This document shows, piece by piece, positions 47,901-59,900 of a stretch of DNA of 64,000 bases. A program made the position numbers and the translations under genes. Within the stretch, counting starts at the first letter, position 1. The number at the start of each line of letters is the position of its first letter. The DNA lies in NCBI GenBank assembly GCA_051294375.1, contig CM119271.1, forward strand, positions 1,234,721 to 1,298,720, written 5' to 3'. Origin of the DNA: Paraspadella gotoi. Taxonomy: Eukaryota > Animalia > Chaetognatha. Under the pieces are notes generated by a model that worked only from the letters and a program-made list of their open reading frames with translations, made no database searches and was not told the DNA's origin.

Positions 47901-50900
47901 GCCTTTGGCGTAGTTCGTAGTGATAGTCGGTCTTGGAAGGCGGTTGTAGTGGCGGCGATGGCAAGGAGCGAGCTCGATCGTCGGTGGGAGAACGAGCGTC
48001 GCACCCCCAGGTCCCAGGAAAAGGCGACGGCGCGGAATAATGGAACCAAGATAGCGACGGANNNNNNNNNNNNNNNNNNNNNNNNNNNNNNNNNNNNNNN
48101 NNNNNNNNNNNNNNNNNNNNNNNNNNNNNNNNNNNNNNNNNNNNNNNNNNNNNNNNNNNNNNNNNNNNNNNNNNNNNNNNNNNNNNNNNNNNNNNNNNNN
48201 NNNNNNNNNNNNNNNNNNNNNNNNNNNNNNNNNNNNNNNNNNNNNNNNNNNNNNNNNNNNNNNNNNNNNNNNNNNNNNNNNNNNNNNNNNNNNNNNNNNN
48301 NNNNNNNNNNNNNNNNNNNNNNNNNNNNNNNNNNNNNNNNNNNNNNNNNNNNNNNNNNNNNNNNNTGCAACACAAACAGTTACAATCACAAAATTAAATA
48401 CGCAATACGGGAGACGACAGAGATGTATAAACATATTATAAGTAATGCACATACTAAAANNNNNNNNNNNNNNNNNNNNNNNNNAAGACTTTTTCAATGA
48501 GATTTTCGTAAAATCTGACTACCAAATAATGTCAACGCCCTGCGAAAAAATTCAGGTAAAAAATAGATGTAAAAACATCGATTCCGATCCTGTTGCTCTG
48601 AAGGGCTCGCATTTTTTTTCATTGACAAAAAACCATCATTTTGACATCAAACCATCAGATTCAAATGGACTGGTCCGTTCGGGAAAAATTTCGATGCAAT
48701 TTTATATATAAAATAAAGGGATTCTCAACTTTCAATGCAATGCAACGCATTTAACATATGTTGTGCATTTACATAAACTTCAAATTCAGGAATCCATAAG
48801 CCATATGTCTGAAGGGCTCTTCAAAATTTTCTTTACATTTTATTTGGTTATTTTGATTATATACGAATCTAGTAAAAACATTCGTTTCGGGCGAGGGGGA
48901 TCAGGATCCGGTTTTCACGCTTTTTGTCACCTCTTAATTCCCGCCAGAAGACCAAATAAAATTATAAAAATTGTTAGATTTCGAAAGCGGGAGTCTTGGA
49001 ACCCGTGCCGGTGGAGCACTCGAAAAAATTCGGTCATCTTATATGGTACGATGGACCCAAAGTAGACTTGGTTTTTACGGCGTTCTCGCTTTCGTAACTT
49101 GAACTTACTCGTCTCCTAGACTAGACTAAATATATGGGTATGGTTACACAGTTCAGATAGATTCGTTACTTGTCTAGAATCAGGGTATCTAATTTTTTTT
49201 TTAATTACCAAGCTTGCTTGTTTAATTTAACAACCTGTTAACTAGTTTTCGGCATTAATTTCCCGCGTGTCGCCAGTCTTTATTATTCTTTAAAAACTGA
49301 CTGAGAGATCAATTTCTGCGTTGTCTTATGTTTCTGGTGGAGCACTCAAAAAATTTAAGTGTTTTTAATATGAAATAAGAGGAAATCATTGACTTTTGTT
49401 TGATTCTGGGATTCTTTACACGGCCCTAGAATGCGCGATAACTTACCTGGTACCGTCAGAACCCGAACCGAGAGCCATGGCACTTCATCAGCCAACCGCG
49501 GTTCACGAATCAGTAGGTGTTTTGACTCGCGTGTTTATAAACATTATTTCCGCCCCGATTTTTTGCCTTTTTTTACGAAAAATTATAACAAAATATATAG
49601 ATTTTACCCATTGTACATTATTGTTATTTTTTTTTAAAAATTATGGAGATTTCGTAAAACTGCCGGCGTTTTGACCAGGAGTCACGACTAAGTTACAAAC
49701 AATCAATATTGTTTTGCGATAACCTTCAACTATTTGCCCAAATTAACAGGCTTCGTAATACGAGTACTGAAGACGCTGTCGGATCAACGACACGGAGAAA
49801 ATATCTGCGCCTCAACGCACATTGAAGAGCCGGCGAAAAAATAACGAATCAGAGAGCTTAAAGAAAAAGCACAGACTGAAAGATCTCACAGCCTCTGAAT
49901 GTACAATGATGATCATTATATGGCAAGTTAGGGTTAATGGCAAGTTAGGGTTAATGGCAAGTTAGGGTTAATGGCAAGTTAGGGATAGGGGTAAATGAGG
50001 GTTAAGAGTAAATTAGGGATAAATTAAGGGTAAAATTAGGGTTGGGGGGTAAATTAGGGTTGGGGGTAAATTAGGGTTAGGGGTAAATTAGGGTTAGGGG
50101 TAAATTAGGGTGGGGGTAAATTAGTGTTAGGGGTAAATTAGGGTTAAGGGTAAATTAGGGTTAAGGTTAAATTAAGGGTTTAAAGGTTGGGTACAATTAG
50201 GGATTGGGGTTAAATTAGGTTGGGGTAAATTAGGTTGTAATTAGTTAAGGTAACAGTTATGGGGGTTAAGGGTAAATTAGGGTTTAAGGGTAAATTAGGG
50301 GTTAAGGTAAATTAGGGTTAAGGGTAAAATAGGTTATGGGTAAATTAGGGTTAAGGGTAAATTAGGGTTTAAGGGTAAATTAGGGTTAAGGGTTAGTTGG
50401 GTAATTTAGGGTTATGGGTAAATTAGGGTTAATGGGTAAATAGGTAAGGTAAATAAAAAGAATTTATACTCTGGGCGTTGCATCACCGCCCCTCCCGCAG
50501 GGACTTTATTGGCAAACGCCAAACAAGTCGATGAATTAGCGGAATCGGAAAAATAATCTTTATGATACAGTTTAAAGTGCAATAGTAAATTTTGTTAAAA
50601 ATTTAATCAATTATCATCACTTCTGCACACGTGACTAATATTGGCACTTAATTATTTTGAAAATAAAAAGGTTACGTTTATTTAATTAACATTCCTTTTC
50701 AAGCTCATCTGTTGAAATTCAAGTTTTCAGTTTTTATTGAAGAAGAAGACGAGATAGAAGAAAATGCACAGATTGAAACATGTAAATTGAGAGTTAGTTG
50801 TGGAGAAATTAGGAGAATAAATTGTGAATGAAGAGAAAAGTTCATTTAGTTCATTAAAAATGTACCAGAATTTAATATGCGACTTATAATAATTCAAAAT

Positions 50901-53900
50901 TAAAAGTATAAATGCAAATAAGTGAGGGAGAAGAAAGGTAAAATATTAATGTCAAACACTATGAAGCTTGAATAGCCGACTGTCTGTAAAAAAATCGCGT
51001 TACAGACTGCTGATTAATTACTAAAAGAAAACGAAGTTTATTCACAATAAATTTATAATTTTAAAAAAAAATTATCAAATATAATATTTTAAATATTTCT
51101 TGTCTCATTATTTTGATTTGCATTGATTTTTTAATTTTTATAATTTTTTCTACTTGCCATAACTTTTTCAACTTTGCAAAATTTTATTAAACTTGTATAC
51201 TTTTTAAAAATTTTTTAGCAAAAGTAACGTTCGATTTTTTCAATTTAACTCAATTTCCGCGATTCCATCGAAACTGATATTCAGTTCAATCTTATAATGT
51301 TCTACCTATTCACAAATTGTATTTCCAATCATTTATTTAATCTGAGTATTGGAGTTTTTGTTAGTGGAACAGACAAACAGACAGATGGAACATCATTTTT
51401 TTTTGCATAATTTATTATAATTAAAGGTTCTATATGAATAAAAAGGATTTACGAAAAAAAAATTTGGGGAGGACTAAATAAAGTGGATTAAAAATCGGAA
51501 TCTGCTAGAAGCTGCAATCCGACTAAAAATATTATGTCGAATATAATATTAATAATAATGTGAGTAATTATTTTGATCAAAAAATTTAATCCCAAAGAAG
51601 TTATATTATATATTAAATTGTTACTTGGTTAAAAAAATATTTGATAATGAAATTTACCAACTTTTCAAAACGCCGACACTTTTTTCCTTCATGATCGTCT
51701 GCCTCCGTTCATCTGCGATTCATGGGACTTGTATTATTGACTTTTTTATATTTGGTTTTCTTACTTGTTTACTTTTATTGTGCAATTTAACCTTATATAT
51801 GTTTTATACATCTCTGTCGTTCTCCCATGCGTATAATTTTGTGAAACGCTGTGAACTTAGAGGCACATGTCATTATGAAATGTTGTTCAACAACTGTTCT
51901 CATAATTACGAAAAAGGAAATAAACTGTTTGAACTGTTTGTGGCATAGTGATTATCCTTTATTAATATAGTAGTATATTGATTAACTGTCTGTTTAAATT
52001 TAGAATTTTGCCTGAGTGACTCTCGGTTCAAGTCGCCGCCTCTGAACCCTGACGATGCCCGAATCTCGTCTCCGAAGTCGACGGCGTTGACGCCGCTTTC
52101 CGACGCCAGGAGATAACTTTCCGGCGTTATCACTGAATCTCCGTCGTACTTACTCTCCGTCGCTATCTTGGTTCCATCATCTCGCGCCGTCGCCTTTTCC
52201 TGGGACCTGGGGGTGCGACGCTCGTTTCTCCCACCGACGATCTGAGCTCGCTCCTGCCATCGCCGCCACTACAACCGCCTTTCAAGACCGACTATTCACT
52301 ACGAACTACGCCAAAGGGCTTCGCCTCCACCACCAAAAACCACTCTTCCCCGTCTCGCCCTCCTCCGTTACCCTTCCTATCGAGGCATCCGCCCCGATCG
52401 CGGCGACCAGGATGGACTTGGCGTACATGAGGTCTCGGAGAGAGGGAATCCGTTACGAAATCCTCTCAAGGACGACGTCTGTCCAGTTCTCAGCAAATAC
52501 GTCTGCGACAGTTTTAAATTTTAAAAAAGTCAAAATTCTTTACTTTTTCATCTGTGTAACTTTTTGATAACTCTGTAATTTTAACCTTATATTAAAATAT
52601 TTATGAAACATTTTACACAAAGCTTTTTTCTGACGAATCGAATCTGTTATTATAATTTTTAAAAAATCATTTTGAAAATTTTAGAAATTAGGGATTAGGG
52701 ATTGGTTAGAATTTGTATAAAAGAGTTTTTCTACGGCCTTACCAATATCTTTTTTTAATTTTTGCGTCGCTCAAAAATCCATAGGCGAATGTAAAAATAG
52801 GCCAAAAATTAAATAGGTTTAATTTGGAATAGTTGATGAAAAGCTAAAATCAGCTTGTGAATTGAGATAAGACATATCACTGTCATGTCAGAAACGACTA
52901 CGAAAAATATTAACAAGTATGTCTTATATCTGTATGCAATTACAATGCCCATAAAAACAATATGTTTTTGAAAAAATCCACGACGCCTTGTAGTTGCTTA
53001 AAAATCTCTTTTTATTGTATAAAAAATAAAAGCCAGAATAAATTTCGACACTCATTTTGCATTTTGATTATTTATCTCAAATGTTCAAGGACATGCAGTA
53101 CGTTTAAGTCTTCTGTCTTGATATAGGTCCCACCCCTGTATGTGGTTATCAACTTTTTCTGTTTTAAAGTGGTTTAAATATTCCTGAAAATGAAAAAATT
53201 GGATTCATTCAAACTTCTTTTTGGTATGTTGCTAGCGAATAACCGATATAATAGTGCTGACATTGACGTCGTATCCTTCACCATGCGTTGTTGACGCCTT
53301 TGGCAAGAATTATTCAGCGTCGTCAGATCGGCGTCGTTATGAGAGTTTGTGCTGGTTTCTGTACTATTTCTTAAGTTAAGTTACAAAAATATAAATGGGC
53401 ACTATTCTGTCGTTATTATTAACACAAGGTTGGGCGTTAATTTAAAGCTATTTATCATAATAAATTAAACTTAAATATAATTAAATAATCTAATATTGGT
53501 ACAAGTTAAAAGAATTAGTTAAAGTTACTAATAACTTCTATTTTTTAACTTAAAATTTTAAAAAGATTATATATATGACTTTAAGCTTAACTAAAACATT
53601 TAAAATTTTATTAAATTGTTTGAAATTAGATGCATTTAAAATTCAAATATTTTATCTGAACATCAAAATTATTTTTAGCCCACAAGACGAGTTTAGTGCA
53701 GCAATAGGATGTAATAAAGATTAAGTGGGAATAAGGCGCTTCAGTAATCGTCTGAAAAACTACTATCTGTATTCCTTGTGCCCCCTTTGCTCGTTTTAAA
53801 TTTAGTACTATGAGTTTTTGGATAATCTTATTTTATTATTATTCAGCAATTATCCAATACCCCATAGAAAACTTAAATTCTAATTGGCATGTCGCTTACA

Positions 53901-56900
53901 TGATTCGGTCATGAATGAAAATGTATCAAAAAGCCAGAATAAAGAAAACACTTAACTTAAAAAGACTTCATTCACAAAATTGACCAGTCCTCAGAATTTT
54001 ACCGAGCGAAAGAGAGGCAAGGAATTAATAAATATTTGACTTGACATAACGAGAGTTTGCCGGGCGCCTCTGCAGACTTTGGCTTCGCCTTTTACTTCGT
54101 TCAGAGCCTCCAGTTCGCCTCCTCTTAGGGGCAGTAGCTCCCGAGTCCTCAGGCGCCAGATCGACCGCGGAGGAGCGTGGCGGTCCGAGCTTGAGGCGGT
54201 GTAGAAGGACGGCGCTGGAGCGTGAGGAGATCTCTTCTCGGACGTCGAGGTGACCAGTGAGGTCGTTTTCCGCTCTCCACAAGATGTGTGGGCGTTCAAC
54301 GATTGCTCCACTGGACTCGACCAAGGCGACGCCGGGAAACGCCTGGACGTTTGCAACCGCCGGACGATGGTTGGGGCAGGAAGAAGTGTCCCAACTTTTT
54401 TTTAATGAGACAAGTAACCCCATATGTATTAAATTATCATCCAATTATTTATTTACGTTTTATCAGTAAATCATATACCTAATTGTCTTATAAATCCTGT
54501 TTCCATATCAATATTTCTCTTTCCGTTTCAGTTCCGTAATTTCAATTTTATTTCTAATTGGGCCCGCGAAAACGAGGATTTCGGCTTTACCGTCGATTTC
54601 GGTCTGGCTAATGTTAGTACTACGTAGTTCACAATCTTATGTTTAACACTTTTTTTGCTCGTTGAGCGGCGAAAGTTGATCCCTCGGAAAGCGCTTATTT
54701 TTTCGTCGTTTTTTGCCCAAACTTTTTAAGCCATGGACGATTTAATGAAATTTTTATATTCAAGTAACTGAGACGTAATTCCACGTCGATCGGTTTACCA
54801 AATTTATCGAATATCGACCACCAGGAAAAAAGACGATGTATTTCTATACGATCATGGGAAAGGTGCAATTAGTCCATTTTTTGGTGTGAAATTTTTATTT
54901 AAAGTAAAGTAAAAAGAGCAGCTAACATCGGAATTCTAAGAGTTTTCAACCGGGCCAGTCAGATTCAGTTAAAAATTCTTCTATTGGCGAAAATCTTCCA
55001 AAGAAGGGTGGATTTTCCGAAGATTTGGTTGATATTTTCTTAATTTATCGGTAGGATTTTTTTGGAAACTTAATATTAACAATATTGCCATCTATTCTAC
55101 CTTGGCCGGTATAGGAATATAATTTAAAAAAACTCTGTTCTTTTTTGTCAGAGCTTAGTCTACAAATAGGGAGACCTTCGACATTTGCATTGTTTCGGTG
55201 ACAATCATTATCACAAACATACCAAGTCTAAGAAGCAAGAAACATATACAAAAATAAATGAAACGAAAATATATATAAAATAAAAAAATATGGCATCGTT
55301 AAAAAATTGTATTCAATTATTTATTGTTATTATTTATGACTTTTATTGTTTAATATAAATTTTTGGTCTAAAATTGACAGTATGTAGTGAAAAACACATT
55401 TCGCGTTCTATAAGTCCGGGGCGTTATATTAGTTTGAAAACAGGCTGGTGCGAAAGCATGAGTCATTTGTTGAAAATAAAAGCCTACAGCCGACAGGGCG
55501 GCAGCGGCGCAGCATTAATTAACTCTCTCTCTCTCTCTGTCTTTATCGACTTTTCTGGATTTAACAACACAAAAAAAAAACTGCCTCAATACCAAAAGGA
55601 AATTGCATCATTCCAATTCACAACGACATAGTAATTACAAAACCTGCATAATACAAGACTCGCTCAATTTAAAGTTCGTTGCGTTTCCCAGAAAAAAAAT
55701 AAAATATTTTCCTCCCAGCAGTAAATCGTACATTGCATGGATTATCTGACTCTTTAGTCTTTAGGGTCCCTTTTTGTACTTAGTTCCGCGTCAATCTAGA
55801 ATTCCCGCTTGTCAGATAGATCTTTACTAATAAATTATCTCTTATACAAGTTCTCAAATCCTTTACACATTTCGCTGTTACCGCTAAACCAAAAGTTTTC
55901 TTTATATCCAACCAAGAATTTTCTTCCTTATCCCACACCCAGTGGGCCAACCCTCTCTCCACCATTGTCCACTTCACCTTCATCCTCTCCGCGTCGGAAC
56001 AGATCTGAACGAGGTCGCGGACGTTGAAGAGCGGCGGGCGGCGGCGGGGGGCGGTCGTGACTCGAGCCCGAGGGAGCGATCACCTTCTCAGCACCGCCGG
56101 GTTGAAGGTCCAACGGTTTCCGCTGAAGGGTGACAGAATTTAGAATGTAGACAACAATCTATTCGTATACTATGAAGAAGGTAAACATTTCAAATAAAAC
56201 GATTTTAACTAATGCTATTTAAATAATTTCATAACATGCTTGGAAGTTTCATTGAACGCCATATTTACCTCGGGTATGCGACGACGATTCGTGATCCTCG
56301 TCGATGCCGACGACGGTTCCGCCCGTCGAGCCGAGGCATTCGAACATCCGCGTCACGTCCAACCACCGTGTCCGTGCTGGAAAACTGCAAGTCGTTTTCA
56401 ATATTTTTTTCTTTTGTTTTAAAAGGCGACACAAAATCTTCCTTACCTGCAAGGATGGACAATCTCGAGGTCCAGGTCGATGTTTACTTGATCGCCGAAT
56501 CTGCAGCATAAAGAGTTGGCGCCGCGAGCGCCGCCCGTGGGTTCGCCCAGGAGCGGCAAATGATCACGATAAAAATAGCCTGCGGACGAGGAGCTCGATT
56601 GGGATTAAATCCAATTATATTGATATTCTGATATTCTCAAACAAACAAATCTGTAATAAATATCAAACAATACAGAAAGAGACGATAGGTTTCGCCAGCA
56701 GGCATCACTTCCTCATCCTCCACCTCCTCCTCCAGGGCTCAGTCGAGTCGGTTTCGTTTTCATTCAGCCCTTCTTTTCCCTCTCTCAGTTTTCTCCCTTT
56801 AAGACATTTTGTCTTTGACTTTACCGAATGAAAACCTTTACATAGGTATATATTCTCCTCTCCAACATTTCACGTCTCATTTTTACTCACTCATCAGGAC

Positions 56901-59900
56901 GAGCTCGGCCTATACCCGACCTTAGTTAGAGTGGCGCGGAAACACGAAAAACCCACTAAACCTGTGCTGATTACCAACTATACCAAAAATAATCTTGACA
57001 GGACGAGCCAGCCTTACCCGACCTTAGAGCAATAAATAAATGTCAAACAATACTAAATCTCATCAATCTCAAACAATGAGATAAAATTCAATCAAATCAT
57101 ATAACTCAAATAAAATAAATAAAATAAAAAAAAATTTAAAAAATGTCAATCCAATGACCAGCATCTCACCTCCCTTGACGTCGCTGACGACCTTAAGGTC
57201 GGACATTCCTCGAAACCGACTCGGTAGAGATTCTTGCGCCGTTGTCCCAAACGACGTAGGCGGCGGAGCGCGGGGAGGCGGCATTCAGTCCTGAATTCTT
57301 GTCACCTTTCCTCGACCGCGCCCGTCCTGGTCCTCCCACTGCCAATCGACGCCGCGAACGACGCGCGATCCGGGGAAAATTCCGCGCATCGGGATCTTCT
57401 TCGATTTCCGGCGCGCGTTCCACTGGGACCGCGTTCCGCGCCTATTTATTCAGTTTCGAGTTTAAGATTACATTTATGTTACAGATATGTATTTATAATT
57501 GTAAATATTGAACAAAAAAAAAAAAAAAAACCCACCGGGCACGTTGATCCGGTAGAACCGGTTGCCTCAGATGATGCTTGTCCCCGTGGTAGCACTGAGA
57601 ACATAGGTCATAGTTGGCGCACTCTGCGCATTTTCCAGCGAAGCCCGAAGATGGGCTGCAGCGGCAGGTGGTCGCACATGGTGCCTCGTGCTTGACAGAG
57701 GTGACGGCGCTGTCCAACACGCGTAGGTCGTAGGCGCCCGCGCAGCGCGTAATTGCTGAAGAGGAAAAGTAAAAAAGTAAGTTGCACGGAATCGGAGATG
57801 CCGATCGGTGACATAATCCTCACCCGCCGGTGCCGTTGTCCCAAAACGACGACGACTTCTTCGGGACTCTCAAAGTTTCTCACGGTGCCGACGTGACCCT
57901 CGCCGCCGTCCTGCTTGCCCCATTTCCAGTCGGGGCCGCGAACGACGCGAGTGCCCACGCCGTCCATCACGTTGGCTGGGGCGCCGCGCACCATGGCTTC
58001 GGGCGCCGGGTGGCGCTACACTGGCGCCCGACGCTGCGGTGGCTGCTTCGCGGGAGCTACTGGCCCGTTGGGCACCGGCGGGGTGGGCCGTTTAAGAGAG
58101 AGGAGGGCCCCCTGCTGCCGCCTGAATTTTTTTGATATAAAAGGATTTTAAAAAAAAAATGAGTATCGAAAATGGTTTCACATAATCGGGAAAGCTTTTT
58201 AAAAAATTATATAGTTAGTTTCACTGCGTTGTTTTACTTTAAACGTCTCTCTTTTCTGTTGTCTCAAATAGTAATAAAAGTAGATGCCGAACCCTGAACG
58301 CCGGCGAAGGGAACGACGGCGGCCAACGACGGCGCCGGGCGGAAGATCCACCGCCGATTCGGAGATGACGTCAGGCGTTTCATCGCCGAAAAATTCGGTC
58401 GTCGACGATCGCGAAACCTTTGGCCCCACTTTCCAAATTCTTTTCACTTTTTTAAAGTTTTTTTTTCTTCTTTTTCCTTTTTTAGAAACACACGCGCACC
58501 ACACGTTACACACACAGGCGGGTTTTGGTTTATTCGTATTTTGGTTTTTAAAGACACATCGTTGGCTCGAGTTTGAAATATCCTCGGGGGAAGAAATCCG
58601 TTCCCGTCTCCGGGAAGGGAGAGGTTGGTGACGGTTGGGAGATAAATTGGGAGAAGGGGAAACGTTTCTACCTTCTCTCGCGTAAAAGTAGCAACATAAT
58701 AAGTAATAGTAAGAAAAAAATAATACAATAGTGGCATTGTATTCAAGTTACGGGAACCAGTTATTTTCAAGACAATAAGCCCAAAAAGTAAAAAATAAAT
58801 ACGATGGTCTAAAAATTTCCCCCCTGCCAAACAGCGCTGAGAGCGTGTCAATGCTGAAAGGCATGATGGGTTCAATATTCTTAGAGGCATTACTGCTTCG
58901 CGGCCGCTTTATTATCATGCTCATCTCCTTTTCGCAATTCGGCGACGCCGGAAGCCGATGGCTTCCATCGAATCGGCCGCCGAGAAGAGACGCCGATTCA
59001 CCAGAGGCTGGCGTCGGGGAGGTGTCGGCTCGGTGGTGTCGGCGTCGCAATCGGCGGATGCTGAGTGAGATTCATGTCTTGGAGGTGCATTTTTCCAAGA
59101 CCGCCCTTCTTTCTTGAGGGCGACAGCTTGCTCGTAAGGAGATGGGATGGGCGTTTGGACCGGCGGATGATAAACGTACATCTCCTCGACCTTATTTAAA
59201 TGATGCGAATACGAATCGTTAAAAAATTAGTTACAACTATATTACTTAAGGCGTAGGTGAAAGTTACATACGAAATTCTTAAAAGTCAATTATGAACAAC
59301 ATTACCATCAAGTGAACATAAATTTGTTAAAAAAATAGATTTTATGTCTTTAATTTTCGCAGAGGCTATATTTATATATGTACTATCCTATAAAATTGAA
59401 AAAATTTAAAATAAGCTTTCTTAATTTGATTGAAGATTTGAATTCCTCGTCAAAAGTTTGATAAAGAAATATAAATCATTTTAAAATTCTTTCATTAAGT
59501 GGGTAAAAATAGCAAAACTATTATTTATATTATAAAAAGTTAATTTTTAGCTTAAAATATAGCTTTTTTCTAATGTTTTGACCCACTTAATGAAGAATTT
59601 AAAAAATGATTTATATTTTCTTTTATCAACTTTTGACGAGGAATTCAAATCTTCAATCCAAATTAAGAAAAGCTTATTTTAAATTTTTTCAATTTGTATA
59701 AGGATAGTACTACTATATAAATATAGCCTTACTGCAAAAAAAATCTTAGTAATAACTGTTTTGAAATTTTAAGCATTTATTGTTGTTAGTACTAAGTATA
59801 AATATGGCTACTGCGTAAATTGTAAAATTATTAATAAATTTTTTTATTACATAAATGTTCATTAATATAATGTTGTTCGTTCCTCACTTTGTAAAATTTT

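Noticed and set aside
47663-48711. Long ORFs containing X runs
   Set aside because: Created by N gaps.
49921-50450. True telomere or CRISPR-like array
   Set aside because: Internal to a gene, degenerate, no unique spacers, no cas genes, eukaryotic context.
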